Notes: generated by a model from the letters alone, not told the origin. DNA of 64,000 bases from Candidatus Thorarchaeota archaeon (GCA_048882045.1 JBHLRZ010000015.1:12540-76539); one strand, 5' to 3'; numbered from the stretch's first letter, positions 48,524-59,316 are shown. Made by a program: numbers and translations.

Positions 48524-50018
48524 GTACGAGCTTCTTGAGCTTTGGCAGGTCTTCGACAATCTCCTTCAGTAGGTTGAAGAGGACCTCTACATCAATGATC
48601 CGAAGTTTTTCATCAGGGGTGTGAGGGTTCTTCAAAGTGGGACCAATGGAAACCATTTGGATACCAGGGATCTTCGAGCCAATAATACCACACTCGAGTC
48701 CTGCATGAATTGCTTTCACCTCAACCTCTCTCCCTGTGGTCTTCTCAAAGTGAGACCTTACAAATGCGAGGAACAAGCTCTTTGGCTCTGGGTTCCATCC
48801 GGGATAGGCAGCACTCCGGTTTACAGACCAACCACCCATCTTGGCCAAGTCTGAGATTGTGAGTCTGAACAATTCTAACTCAGAGTCTACACTGCTCCTC
48901 GTGGAGAGAAGTACAGTGACATCAGGACCCTCTGTCTTTACCACAGCTAGGTTGTTCGAGGTTTCAACCAGACCTTCAACGCTCGGAGAGAACCGAACCG
49001 GTCCATGTGGGATGATATTGAGTGTATGAATGATCTTGTTGGATTCCTCCAAAGAGAATGCAGGCTCAGGCGAGCTCTTGTTCCAGGATATCTGAATGTC
49101 CGGTTCCAACTCCTTGTAGTAAGACATAATCTCTCCACGTATCTTCTTCAGAATCTCCTCAACCTGTCCAGATTTCCCTGTTTCAACAGCAAACCTCGCG
49201 GTTGCTTCCCTTGGTATCGCATTGTGTTTACTACCACCGTTCCATTGACAAAGATGCACATTCTGATCAGCCACGATTGAAGCGAGAAGTCTAGCCATCA
49301 GCTTGTTCGCATTTGCACGATGCTTGTGGATGTCAACACCGGAATGTCCACCAAAAAGGCCGGAAACAATCAGCTCATAGAATGTTGCATCACCTTTGAC
49401 ATCCTTCAGCTCTAGTTTCTTAGTGAGGTCTGTGTCACCACCGCCTGCTGATCCTATTGTGATGACTCCAAGATTCTCAGAATCGATGTTAATCATGAGT
49501 TTACTCTGAATCCCCATCTTCTTTGGATCAAGAGCGAAAGCACCTACGAGACCCGTTTCTTCATCCACTGTGATGAGTAGTTCTAGTGGTCCATGGCGTA
49601 CATTCGGGTCTAACATCATAGCAAGGGCTAGAGAAGTTCCAATTCCGTTGTCAGCACCCAAAGTTGTCCCATCGGCATCTACCCATTCACCATTGTCTTG
49701 GATTCGAACTGGGATTGGATCGTTTTCAAAGTCAAATCCATCAGGTCGGTCAGTCTCGCAGACCATATCCATATGACCCTGTAGAAGCAGCGGCTGAACT
49801 TCCTCCATGCCTTTTATGGGATCTTTCTTGCATAGCAGATTTCCAGCCTCATCCTCAATGATTTTGATCTCTATTCCAAGTGACTTTGCCCGTTCTGGTA
49901 TCCAACTCTTCAGTTTCGCTCGAATCTTTTCTTCTTTCTTGGACTCACGTGGAGTCTTTGTGAAGACCTCTTCAAATATCTCCCAGACGAGCTTTGGTTC
50001 TAAGTTCTCAAAGACCAT
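48516..50018 (-). CDS. pepD: Aminoacyl-histidine dipeptidase (M20C)
   Basis: QGHMDMV, GTTLGADNG, DEETGL, GGHSG.DIH, IHAGLECG, PHTPDE; start at ATG 50018. Confidence 0.92.
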   Translation of the reverse strand: MVFENLEPKLVWEIFEEVFTKTPRESKKEEKIRAKLKSWIPERAKSLGIEIKIIEDEAGNLLCKKDPIKGMEEVQPLLLQGHMDMVCETDRPDGFDFENDPIPVRIQDNGEWVDADGTTLGADNGIGTSLALAMMLDPNVRHGPLELLITVDEETGLVGAFALDPKKMGIQSKLMINIDSENLGVITIGSAGGGDTDLTKKLELKDVKGDATFYELIVSGLFGGHSGVDIHKHRANANKLMARLLASIVADQNVHLCQWNGGSKHNAIPREATARFAVETGKSGQVEEILKKIRGEIMSYYKELEPDIQISWNKSSPEPAFSLEESNKIIHTLNIIPHGPVRFSPSVEGLVETSNNLAVVKTEGPDVTVLLSTRSSVDSELELFRLTISDLAKMGGWSVNRSAAYPGWNPEPKSLFLAFVRSHFEKTTGREVEVKAIHAGLECGIIGSKIPGIQMVSIGPTLKNPHTPDEKLRIIDVEVLFNLLKEIVEDLPKLKKLVLR

Positions 50019-50133
50019 AAGAAGACCACCGCTGATTATGCAGGTTCTGAGCCGCACTATAAGCTTTTGTCCCCGAACAAGCAGGTTTTTCATTCACAAG
50101 GTGAATACAGGTTTCCTTCTAGAAAAAGGAGAG

Positions 50134-51015
50134 ATGATTGGAATGCTATTCGATCCGGGAATTACTGACATACTAAGAGACACTCTTCCAGGACTGGGAG
50201 ACTTCTTCCTTTTGATTACCCAACTTGGTGGTGAGCTTTTTTACATTGGTTTACTACTGATTGGGTTCTGGACGTACAACAAAAGACAATCGATACTTCT
50301 GACATTCATACTCATTGTGTCGGTACTCTCTAACTACTGGTTGAAATACATGATTGCAAATGAGAGGCCACCTGTTGGAAATTATTATCCAGGAGTAGAT
50401 TATTCGAATTACAGTACTCCCAGTGGCCATTCGCAGAACTCTGCAACAGTCTACGGATGGATCACACTGAAGGTCAAGACTTGGTGGATGGCACTCATTG
50501 GCATTGTACTTACATTATTGATTGGCATTTCACGAGTGTATCTTGGTGTCCATTATCTTGGAGATGTCTTACTGGGATGGGGCTTAGGAGGTGTAATAGT
50601 CCTCATTGTCTTCTACTTTGAGAATCCCCTGAAAGAGTTCTTCTCAAGATACAAGACTGTGAATCTGCTGATCTTACTGGTAATAATCGGATTCCTGATG
50701 ACTCTGATTGCCTCATTACTACCTCAGCCGCCCCTTGACAATTTTGGATCATACGGAGGCCTCACAATGGGGATTGGCCTTGGTCTAATCCTAGAAATGA
50801 GGTTCGTAGACTTCTCGGTAGAACCTTATCAGGGACAAAAGTGGAGACTTGCTCTGCGGATCATCATAGGACTTGCATTGGTGGTTGGACTCATTCTTGG
50901 ACTTTCATCCATCCTACCGTCGGACGTAATCTGGCTACGCATGATCAGATACTTATTGGCAACAATTATGGGAGTGTTCGTTTGGCCATACATCTTCAAA
51001 CGAGCCAATCTCTAG
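50134..51015 (+). CDS. PAP2 family membrane phosphatase
   Basis: K-x6-RP, PSGH and SRVYLGVHY..D motifs. The track N-terminal extension from 49807 overlaps pepD and is not real. Confidence 0.9.
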   Translation: MIGMLFDPGITDILRDTLPGLGDFFLLITQLGGELFYIGLLLIGFWTYNKRQSILLTFILIVSVLSNYWLKYMIANERPPVGNYYPGVDYSNYSTPSGHSQNSATVYGWITLKVKTWWMALIGIVLTLLIGISRVYLGVHYLGDVLLGWGLGGVIVLIVFYFENPLKEFFSRYKTVNLLILLVIIGFLMTLIASLLPQPPLDNFGSYGGLTMGIGLGLILEMRFVDFSVEPYQGQKWRLALRIIIGLALVVGLILGLSSILPSDVIWLRMIRYLLATIMGVFVWPYIFKRANL

Positions 51016-51066
51016 TCCTCGGCAGATTCAATAATCAGGTTTCATAAACAATGAGCGTGAGTCACG

Positions 51067-51786
51067 ATGACGAAGGCAAAGAGTACCCCAATCTTATCGC
51101 CGACATATCCAATGCCACCGTATCATTATTTCAACTCTAGGCTGTTTCTGGCGATGTTCAACCCTCCAGAGGATGCAATTCAAGCTCTTCTTCCACCTCC
51201 ATTGCGTCCATCACAGATGCCTCTTGCAGCATTGATGTTTGGAGAGATGCCCTGCAAGGAAACAGGCACCTTCATGGAATCAGGAGTTCTTGTCCAATGC
51301 ATCTTTGACAACCCAGAAACGAAGGAGGAAGAGGTCGGCGTTTATTTCGCATACAACTATGTTAATACAGAAATCGCTCAGGTTGCTGGTCGAGAGATCT
51401 GGGGGTATCCAAGAAAACAGGCCAAGATCTCATTGAACTGGAGAAACGACACCATCACTGGAAAAGTAGTGAGGGACAAGACTACGATCTACAAGGCCAG
51501 CTGCAAGATGGATGAAGAAGGTGCATGGATTGACAGTGGACCCAACCTCAATGCAAAGGTCATTCCGAGTCCTTCTGGAGAAGGGTATGATCAAGCAGTC
51601 TTAACGGCGGCCTATCTTGATTACACAATCAAGAATGGACGGTCTGGTGATGTCAAGATTGAGATCAATGGTGGACCCAATGATGACTTGAGTCCTGTGA
51701 AGATTGAAACACCTATGATTGGACAATACTTTGATTGCGATATGCTAGTTCCACCAGCAAAGATTGTCGGCGATCTGAAACTATAG
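51067..51786 (+). CDS. Acetoacetate decarboxylase-like superfamily protein
   Basis: 'P.PPY.Y', 'LLPPPL', 'AGREIWGYPRK'. Confidence 0.82.
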   Translation: MTKAKSTPILSPTYPMPPYHYFNSRLFLAMFNPPEDAIQALLPPPLRPSQMPLAALMFGEMPCKETGTFMESGVLVQCIFDNPETKEEEVGVYFAYNYVNTEIAQVAGREIWGYPRKQAKISLNWRNDTITGKVVRDKTTIYKASCKMDEEGAWIDSGPNLNAKVIPSPSGEGYDQAVLTAAYLDYTIKNGRSGDVKIEINGGPNDDLSPVKIETPMIGQYFDCDMLVPPAKIVGDLKL

Positions 51787-51790
51787 CGTA

Positions 51791-53503
51791 TCAAAGATAT
51801 TCTGAGGCTTCAATCTCTGAAAGCTTGTTCCCAGCACTCCTTGCATAGTGTCTGGCGATTTGGAAGCACAATAGTCCGAACAACAAAACTGCAATGTAGG
51901 AGTAGAGAGGATTTGTGAAAAGACCTATTCCAAGAATGGCTGAGAGCCCTACAAAACCTATGAGATTTGGTAGTAGATGCGCACGCAACATCGACCACCC
52001 TCGAATAGGCATCTGAACCGCAGAACCTCTCTGTCGTGTGATCATCCGTTCAGCCTTGAAATCACCTCCAATAGCAGCGGCATTTGCAGCTATCCCACCA
52101 GCAGTCATATTGATGAAACCAGCAGCAAGAACCATTGCAGGGATGTATAATAGAAGAGTGGGAGAGATTATGGTCACAACAATTGAGATTGCTACACCAG
52201 CCACCATTGCGAATGGTATTGCACTATAAACTTTCCCGAGAATATAGTCATTCATACTGAGCTCTGAAAGTTGAAGATTCATGAGGTTCTTGCCCTCATA
52301 GACGGTCTCATACCCTGCAAAATAGACACCATATGATGTTGCAAAAGGCACGAGAACGGAAACTATCAGGAATGGTGTGAAGAAAGACATCTCTTCTCCA
52401 AGAGTGAAGGCTGGAACTATGATAAAGATGGCAAATCTGATTGGCCCAACAAGATACTGTGCTAACACTCTTCCTTCTCTTCTGATGTTGACTATGTTAT
52501 ACCATATCGATACGCTGATGGCGGTGTTGAATTTGAATCCAGGAATAGTCTGAGGATTCCATGATTCATGGATTAATGGAGTGGCCATCTTAGAAGTCCT
52601 CTTAGACCCACTAGTAAGCCAGCCACTGTAGTGAGCCTTCTCACTCAGACTTGCATTCGCATTGACCAGACCAATCGCGAGGAACGTGAATATGACAATC
52701 AATAACAGATCGGGTATACTAATTGGTGCACCTACTACAAGTTTCAAAGAAACCGAACTTGTAGCATATCCAGGGCTGATACCTGAAGAGAATCCAAGCT
52801 CCTCTAGAATTTCAAAGACAATACCAATGAGTTGGCCAAAACCGTCACCAATTATTGCGACGTAGTAGAATGCACCTATGAGTATTGTAAAAGTGGTTCC
52901 AACGAACCATCCTATGTTCTTGAGACGACGTCTACCAGCAAGCAATCGGGAAAAGAAGAGACCAAAGAGGCCTCCTATCGACACTCCCAGAGCTGTCATT
53001 ACAAGCATCATCAGCACAAAAGCAGGAATGGAAAGAAAGGCAACAATTGAACCCGATACGATACTTAGCCCGATGAATATTGGTGTGCCAATGATCAACC
53101 AAACCATTGAGTTGTAGACGATAACAACTATTGTCTTCTCAAGAAAGAGTGTTTGTAAAGAGATTGGCATCGTCATGAGATACTCCATTCGAGCTGAGTT
53201 GGCAACCGTTGTCGAACTGACCATTATTGACCCGATGAATGAGAAAATCATGAGGAAATTGAACAGTGTTGCTGCTGATCCGATATTTGTACGAAGTAAA
53301 ACTGTGATTTCAGTCCAACCGATTAGAGGAACAACCCAAACGAAACCAAAGATAATTACGACCCAGACCAGAATAATTGCGATTGGATAGATTATCCGTC
53401 TGATTAGACTACGTTGTTCAGTCCGTTTTCCCTTGACTCTTGAAATCCTGAAGCTCTGTGTGAGATCTTGCCTTAATAATATAATCAGGTCTGAGAGGGT
53501 CAC
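51791..53503 (-). CDS. ABC exporter permease (12-TM type)
   Basis: Two hydrophobic halves, 'YLMTMPISLQTLFLEK'; overlaps the ATPase gene. Confidence 0.8.
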   Translation of the reverse strand: MTLSDLIILLRQDLTQSFRISRVKGKRTEQRSLIRRIIYPIAIILVWVVIIFGFVWVVPLIGWTEITVLLRTNIGSAATLFNFLMIFSFIGSIMVSSTTVANSARMEYLMTMPISLQTLFLEKTIVVIVYNSMVWLIIGTPIFIGLSIVSGSIVAFLSIPAFVLMMLVMTALGVSIGGLFGLFFSRLLAGRRRLKNIGWFVGTTFTILIGAFYYVAIIGDGFGQLIGIVFEILEELGFSSGISPGYATSSVSLKLVVGAPISIPDLLLIVIFTFLAIGLVNANASLSEKAHYSGWLTSGSKRTSKMATPLIHESWNPQTIPGFKFNTAISVSIWYNIVNIRREGRVLAQYLVGPIRFAIFIIVPAFTLGEEMSFFTPFLIVSVLVPFATSYGVYFAGYETVYEGKNLMNLQLSELSMNDYILGKVYSAIPFAMVAGVAISIVVTIISPTLLLYIPAMVLAAGFINMTAGGIAANAAAIGGDFKAERMITRQRGSAVQMPIRGWSMLRAHLLPNLIGFVGLSAILGIGLFTNPLYSYIAVLLFGLLCFQIARHYARSAGNKLSEIEASEYL

Positions 53504-54267
53504 GTGACCTCACCCAAATACTCCGCGATCTTCTGCATATCGGGTCCGCCTGTGAGGGACAGAAAGATTTCTTCTAGTGATTTCTGTCCTTCAGCCTGTA
53601 TCCGAAGCTCATCCATAGAACCTTCTGCGACCATCTTTCCTTCGTTGATAATTCCTATCCTGTCACAGATCTGTTCTGCTATCTCAAGGATGTGAGTGGA
53701 CATGAGTATGGTCACTCCTCGTTCCCTTAAGCCGTTTAGAATCTCCTTGATCGTAGCTGCACCTCGTGGATCAATTCCAGCCTGCATCTCATCCAGAATC
53801 AGTACCTTGGGTTGATGGATGAGGGCTGCGACGAGACTGATCTTTCTCGACATTCCCTTCGAATAGGTTTCGATGATGTCATCACTAGCGTCCTTGATGT
53901 CGAGAAGGGTCAGGAGTTCATCCAGTTCTTCCTCTCTTTCTGGTCCCCGAGGAACTCGCCAGATGTCGCTCACATAGTTCGCATATTCCCAGCCTGTCAG
54001 CCTCTCTGGTAGGACCGGTTCTTCAGGTACATATCCCATGACGCGTTTGGCGTCAACAATCTGATCCTTGATGTCAAAACCCATTATCTTGGCAGTTCCT
54101 TCGGTTGGTTTTAACAAGCCAAGTAACATCCGCATCGTTGTAGATTTACCAGAACCATTTGGTCCTAACAAGCCATAGATCTCACCTGGATTGACCTGAA
54201 ATGATAGATTGTCAACGGCAGTGAATTCACTGAAGATCTTCTTTAGTCCAAGGGCGTGAATCATCAA
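53500..54267 (-). CDS. ABC transporter ATP-binding protein
   Basis: GPNGSGKS, YSKGM, LILDE, STH. Confidence 0.95.
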   Translation of the reverse strand: MMIHALGLKKIFSEFTAVDNLSFQVNPGEIYGLLGPNGSGKSTTMRMLLGLLKPTEGTAKIMGFDIKDQIVDAKRVMGYVPEEPVLPERLTGWEYANYVSDIWRVPRGPEREEELDELLTLLDIKDASDDIIETYSKGMSRKISLVAALIHQPKVLILDEMQAGIDPRGAATIKEILNGLRERGVTILMSTHILEIAEQICDRIGIINEGKMVAEGSMDELRIQAEGQKSLEEIFLSLTGGPDMQKIAEYLGEVT

Positions 54268-54364
54268 AATCAGGCATTAATGAGTCAAGAGTCCATTTAT
54301 TCCTTAGCATATCTGTAAGTTACATTTGGTAACGGATATAAGACAAGAACTTCCGTGAGGAGCT

Positions 54365-55459
54365 ATGACACTTGAGAGTTGGCGGCTTCTCGATCTTGGA
54401 CCAATCGCTCCGATCGATACCCAGATTAATTATGATATGATTGCTCAAGGAATCACTGAGGGAGAGTCTGAGAACACTCTAATTATCTGTTGGCCAGCTA
54501 AGCCATTGGTGAGTCTTGGATACTTTCAAGAAATCGAAGCCGATATTGATACACAGTTTTGTAGGGAGAATGACATATTCTACACTCGTCGTACTGTGGG
54601 AGGCGGTGGTGTCTATCTCGATGATGGCCAGATGTTTTACCAGTTGATTGGACGCCAGGATAGTCCCACAACACCAAAGAAGATTGATGATTACTACGTC
54701 AAGTTTCTCGAGGCTCCAGTACAAGCATACAGGAATCTTGGAATACCTGCAGAATTCAAGCCTGTGAATGACATCATTGCTAATGGAAAGAAGATTTCTG
54801 GTAATGGTGCGGGAGATATCGGAGACGCTAGAATTCTGGTTGGAAACATGATCTTCGACTTTAATTTCGATATGATGGTGAAAGTCCTTAGAGTCCCAGA
54901 CGAGAAGTTCAGAGACAAAATTGCCCAGAGTCTGAGGGAGAGAATGTCAACAATCCTGCAAGAAACAGGTTCTATGCCAGATAGAAATGAGGTCAAAGGG
55001 GATCTGCTACGACTTTATGAGGAAACTCTCAATATCGAGCTAGTTCAAGGGAAGCTCAACAAGTGGGAAATCGACAAGCAAAACGAGCTCAAACCCAAGT
55101 ACATGTCAGATGAATGGCTTCATTGGAGGAGAGGTGGGAGGCTTGACGCGAGGACAGTCAGGATCTCAGCCACTACCCGCGTTGGAACTTCCAACTACAA
55201 AGCTCCTGGAGGTCTCATGAGAGTCACTGCTGAAGAGATAGATGGGACACTGAACGAAGTCGTCATCAGTGGGGACTTCTTCATGCTTCCAATGGATGCA
55301 ATAGCAAACCTCGAGAAGACTTTGATTGGTGCAAAGACTGAAAATGGCGACATTCTAGAAAAGGCGAAAGAGGCCTATTCAAAGCACAACATTGAGTCAC
55401 CAGGAGTCACACCTGAGGACATCGAAGCCGCAGTAAAGATAGCATTCGAGCAGAAATGA
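54365..55459 (+). CDS. lplA: Lipoate-protein ligase A with C-terminal domain
   Basis: RRTVGGGGVYLD, NDI..NGKKISG, and a C-terminal 'KAPGGL...ISGDFF' domain. Confidence 0.88.
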   Translation: MTLESWRLLDLGPIAPIDTQINYDMIAQGITEGESENTLIICWPAKPLVSLGYFQEIEADIDTQFCRENDIFYTRRTVGGGGVYLDDGQMFYQLIGRQDSPTTPKKIDDYYVKFLEAPVQAYRNLGIPAEFKPVNDIIANGKKISGNGAGDIGDARILVGNMIFDFNFDMMVKVLRVPDEKFRDKIAQSLRERMSTILQETGSMPDRNEVKGDLLRLYEETLNIELVQGKLNKWEIDKQNELKPKYMSDEWLHWRRGGRLDARTVRISATTRVGTSNYKAPGGLMRVTAEEIDGTLNEVVISGDFFMLPMDAIANLEKTLIGAKTENGDILEKAKEAYSKHNIESPGVTPEDIEAAVKIAFEQK

Positions 55460-56577
55460 GTCACAAAGAAGACATAAGGAGTTCGTACATGAACTCGTTG
55501 AGAGGAATGTCTTTTCGAGTCAGAGCTCCTGGTCGAGTTTGTTTGTTTGGAGAACATAGTGACTATTTGGGATTAGATGTGATAGCTGCTGCGATAGATC
55601 TTGGGATCGAGATAGTTGCCCACCCTCGTGAAGACAACGAGATCCATATAGATTACAGTGACTTGGGAGAAGTGGATGAATTTTCATTTGACTCTGAGGT
55701 TGATTATCGTAATAAGAGGGACTACATCAGAAGCTCGTTCAACGTAATGATGAGAAAGGGATTCAAACCTAAGAATGGTTGGAACCTTAAAGTCAGTGGG
55801 AATATTCCTATCGCTGCGGGGCTATCCAGTTCTTCTGCAATGACCGTGGCAGCGATAATAGCGATAGCAGAGATGTCAGAAAGGACTCTGTCAAAGGATG
55901 ATATTGCACTGACTGCATACGAAGCTGAGGTCGCAGAGTTTGGAGAAAGCGGGGGAACAATGGACCACTACGCTTCCGTAATGGGGGGTGTAATCCATGT
56001 TGATATGGAGTGCCAGAAAGTCACGAAATTACCAGCACAGCTCAAGTCTTTCGTCATTGGAGACTCAGGAGAGAAGAAGACTGACACTGTCGGAGACCTT
56101 CGATACATCCGAACCACGGTTGAGAGGGAATATGAAACAATAGCACAGAGGATTGGTTCGTTCAACCGGAGAACAACACCAGCAAACATGGTCTATGAGT
56201 TGAGAAAAAGGAAACCAAACAAAGAGAGAAGGATGGCAGAGGCTACACTGCGCAACAGAGACCTCACCTACCGAGCGCTAGAGCTATTGAATGAAGAGAG
56301 TCCAGAAACTTCCGACTTGGGTGATTTGATCCAAGAACATCACGAGATACTGAGAGATGACTTTCACAGGTCCACTCCAAAGATAGAACATCTAATTGAT
56401 GCAGCTCTGGAAGCTGGAGCAACGGGATGTAAGATAAACGGAAGCGGTGGAGGAGGCTCTATGATGGCCTATGCCTTTGGTTTAGAGAGAAAGGTAGCTA
56501 ATGCGATTGAACTCGCGGGAGGTACTGCCTACATCGTCAAAGTGGACGAGGGAGCCACCCTCAAGAGGATAGAATAA
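55456..56577 (+). CDS. GHMP family sugar kinase (galactokinase-like)
   Basis: APGRVCLFGEHSDY, IPIAAGLSSS, G.MD, GSGGGG. Confidence 0.85.
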   Translation: MSHKEDIRSSYMNSLRGMSFRVRAPGRVCLFGEHSDYLGLDVIAAAIDLGIEIVAHPREDNEIHIDYSDLGEVDEFSFDSEVDYRNKRDYIRSSFNVMMRKGFKPKNGWNLKVSGNIPIAAGLSSSSAMTVAAIIAIAEMSERTLSKDDIALTAYEAEVAEFGESGGTMDHYASVMGGVIHVDMECQKVTKLPAQLKSFVIGDSGEKKTDTVGDLRYIRTTVEREYETIAQRIGSFNRRTTPANMVYELRKRKPNKERRMAEATLRNRDLTYRALELLNEESPETSDLGDLIQEHHEILRDDFHRSTPKIEHLIDAALEAGATGCKINGSGGGGSMMAYAFGLERKVANAIELAGGTAYIVKVDEGATLKRIE

Positions 56578-56578
56578 A

Positions 56579-58150
56579 CTAGTTGCTCTTAGCGAGTTCC
56601 TTCATACGAGATTCAACGATATCTAGGATCTCAGCCTTCAGCTTAGCACCATCTGCAAGCAGTTTCTCGACCTCTTTTGCAGTCTTGTCAACAAATGACT
56701 TATCGGTGATATTCCCGAGATTGATTCTTACATTCAATGCAGCACCCTCTATTGCAGCCATAAGAGCATGAGCAGCAACACCAGCATCAGTGATTGTATT
56801 GATGTTCCCTTTCTCAGCTGCCACCCTGTCATGGGCTAATGCGTTCAAGGAATGCTGCATGGTGTTTAAGGGCACCTTGGCAGCTTCAATTGTTGCTTTC
56901 TGGGTAGCAGCCTCTTTCTTCTTCTTCTCAGCAGCTGTATCCTCAGGCATCTTGAAAGTACCCATCACAACATCAAATGCTTCGGAGTCCTTTTCGATGT
57001 TATCCATCAGTACTCCGCGGTCATATTCACATGCGTGTCTGTGTTCGCGCATCTCCTCTTTTATTCCAGCGAACTTACGACCTGACAGTGACAATCCAGT
57101 GACCATACAAACCAAACCGGCTCCAAATGATCCAAGAGATGCGGCAACACTTCCTCCACCAGGTGTCGCACGTGCTCGACGGACTTCGTTACCAAACTCA
57201 ATCATAGACATCTCAGTGAATGTCTTCTTAGTTGGATCGGTTCCTCCACCAAGATAGTAAAGATCAAGGATCATATCCTCATCAAGCCTCTCTGGTTGAA
57301 TATAATATCTGAGGGCATCAAGGAGCGCAAAAAGCGGGACCATCCCTACAATTTCAGTTTCAACGACAGTGGCACCAAAACGACGGGCTTCGTTCTTTAC
57401 AACCTCCAACACCTGGTGAATCTTCGTCCTTCGAGGATGTGTCAGGTTTGTTGAAACTTGTACACAGTTCTTTGCAGGTAAGTCAAGGCCAATACCCTGT
57501 ACATTGACAAAGCCACCAGTCAGGCCACGAACTGCATCAGCACATGTCTTCGCAACCTCTAGGTTTGTTGTGTTCAGATTGAAGTTAATTGCAATGAGAA
57601 AGTTTCGAGCGCCAGTGGCTGTGGCTCCTGCAGTCGGGTGGATCTTGTTTGGACCGAAGTCAGGTTCTTTTTCTGGGACATGTCCTATCTGTTCTCGGAG
57701 TGCTTCGAACTCACCTTCTCGGATGTTTGGAAGATCAACTCTGTCAGGCCGGGTTGCAGACTTTGAATAGAGGAACACAGGAACATTGCACTTTTTGGAG
57801 AACTCCTCACCAAACTGCTTTGAAAGTTCAATACACTCCCCGATTGTGACACCATGAAGTGGGATGAATGGCACCACATCCACAGCACCCATTCGTGGGT
57901 GAGCACCCTCGTGTTTTGTTAGGTCAATCTTCTCAACTGCAAGCTCTGCTGCCTTCAAAGCCGCCTCCTTGACCAACTTTGGTTCCCCGATAAAGGTGAA
58001 GACGGATCGATTGTGGTCTGGGTCAAATTCAACGTCAAGAAGCCTGACTCCCTCAACACTCTTGATGGCTTCTGACAAGCCATCAATGACTTTCTTGTCT
58101 CGTCCTTCTGAGAAGTTGGGTACGCACTCAACTACTTTCACAAGATTCAC
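56579..58150 (-). CDS. ftcd: Bifunctional glutamate formimidoyltransferase / formiminotetrahydrofolate cyclodeaminase
   Basis: ECVPNFSEGR, DHNRSV, HPRMGAVDV; C-terminal TPGGGSVAA and NVRINL. Confidence 0.93.
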   Translation of the reverse strand: MNLVKVVECVPNFSEGRDKKVIDGLSEAIKSVEGVRLLDVEFDPDHNRSVFTFIGEPKLVKEAALKAAELAVEKIDLTKHEGAHPRMGAVDVVPFIPLHGVTIGECIELSKQFGEEFSKKCNVPVFLYSKSATRPDRVDLPNIREGEFEALREQIGHVPEKEPDFGPNKIHPTAGATATGARNFLIAINFNLNTTNLEVAKTCADAVRGLTGGFVNVQGIGLDLPAKNCVQVSTNLTHPRRTKIHQVLEVVKNEARRFGATVVETEIVGMVPLFALLDALRYYIQPERLDEDMILDLYYLGGGTDPTKKTFTEMSMIEFGNEVRRARATPGGGSVAASLGSFGAGLVCMVTGLSLSGRKFAGIKEEMREHRHACEYDRGVLMDNIEKDSEAFDVVMGTFKMPEDTAAEKKKKEAATQKATIEAAKVPLNTMQHSLNALAHDRVAAEKGNINTITDAGVAAHALMAAIEGAALNVRINLGNITDKSFVDKTAKEVEKLLADGAKLKAEILDIVESRMKELAKSN

Positions 58151-58197
58151 CGGTGCCCGCTCGACGCGTCCGTGTACAAAAGGGTTTGGGCGTATGC

Positions 58198-59253
58198 CTA
58201 TTGTTGTTTTTTCAAGTATTCTCCAAGTTTCTCTGTTTCAATCTGCATGTTGTACATTTCATGGTGTAATTTGAACCCGAGCTTTTCGTTAATTGCTATC
58301 ATTGGAGCATTCGATGTGGCATTTCCAGTAGTTATCACTTTGATGTCAGGGAATTCCTCCCTTATCCGAAGAAGCATGGCAGCCTTTACCCATTTGCCTT
58401 TTCCTTGACCACGGTAGTTCTGATCAACACCTGTAAGCATTTGCTGTAATAATGGAACTCTGGATGGCGTATAAACAACATCTGAGAGTCCAGAAATGTT
58501 TCCGTTTTTCTCATGTAGTAGGACGGTCAACCATGTTTCACCCGTCTTTTTAGAAACATCTTCGTACATCCTGAATAGTTCAGGAGTTATTATGCGGTCC
58601 CCAATGTCAAGATCATCTAATGGCATTTGATTAGATACTTCAGTGTATTTTCGTGTATACTTCTCTAGAATTTCGTCTGGAATCGAATAATGAAACTCGA
58701 GTGAAGTATCGGGAGATTTCTCTCTACCTTCCCTTTCCCATCGTTCCACCATCTTCCAGTCTATTTCATCCATCCTCAGGCGATAGTTCCTCACCTCTAA
58801 TGCTTCAGTACCACCGAGATAGCGATTGAATTCTCTTCCATCCTTCTCCATAGTACCTCCAATGATGACTCTTCTCTTCTTCTCAACTGCAAAATCATAC
58901 ATCAATTTTAGGAGCGCCTTGGCTATTCCTTTTCGTCGATGGTCTTCGAGAATAGCTAGCCCGGCAAAGAGGTTGTGCTCATTTCCGATATAAGATGGAG
59001 AAGTTTTCTTCACCACACGTAAACGAAGACTAGCAACCACATTGTCAGGTTTTCCTTTCTCAGTCACTATGTAGAATGTTACATCATTTTCCTCAAGGGC
59101 TGTTTTCTCCCACTCCTGATAACTCAAATCTTCTTCAATAGGATCATCAGGTAGGATTTCTGACATTCTCTTTCTGCGGTAAGCATGCATTTTCGCCCAT
59201 TCTTCATTGGATGCATTTGCAATATCGAATGTTTGGATATCGTAATTCTCCAA
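58198..59253 (-). CDS. Tandem GNAT acetyltransferase
   Basis: Two motif A copies (HRRKGIA, YRGQGKG) and 'TGNATSNAPMIAINEKLGF'. Confidence 0.88.
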   Translation of the reverse strand: MENYDIQTFDIANASNEEWAKMHAYRRKRMSEILPDDPIEEDLSYQEWEKTALEENDVTFYIVTEKGKPDNVVASLRLRVVKKTSPSYIGNEHNLFAGLAILEDHRRKGIAKALLKLMYDFAVEKKRRVIIGGTMEKDGREFNRYLGGTEALEVRNYRLRMDEIDWKMVERWEREGREKSPDTSLEFHYSIPDEILEKYTRKYTEVSNQMPLDDLDIGDRIITPELFRMYEDVSKKTGETWLTVLLHEKNGNISGLSDVVYTPSRVPLLQQMLTGVDQNYRGQGKGKWVKAAMLLRIREEFPDIKVITTGNATSNAPMIAINEKLGFKLHHEMYNMQIETEKLGEYLKKQQ

Positions 59254-59316
59254 TTGACAACCTCCTTCGATTATCTTAGCCGAGGAGATGGCTTTGTAAT
59301 AAAATATACATATGAA

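Noticed and set aside
49807-50133. Long N-terminal extension of the PAP2 ORF, and similar extensions at 34850, 35376, 39806, 45376 and 50093
   Set aside because: They overlap neighbouring genes and precede better SD-associated starts; these are longest-ORF artefacts.
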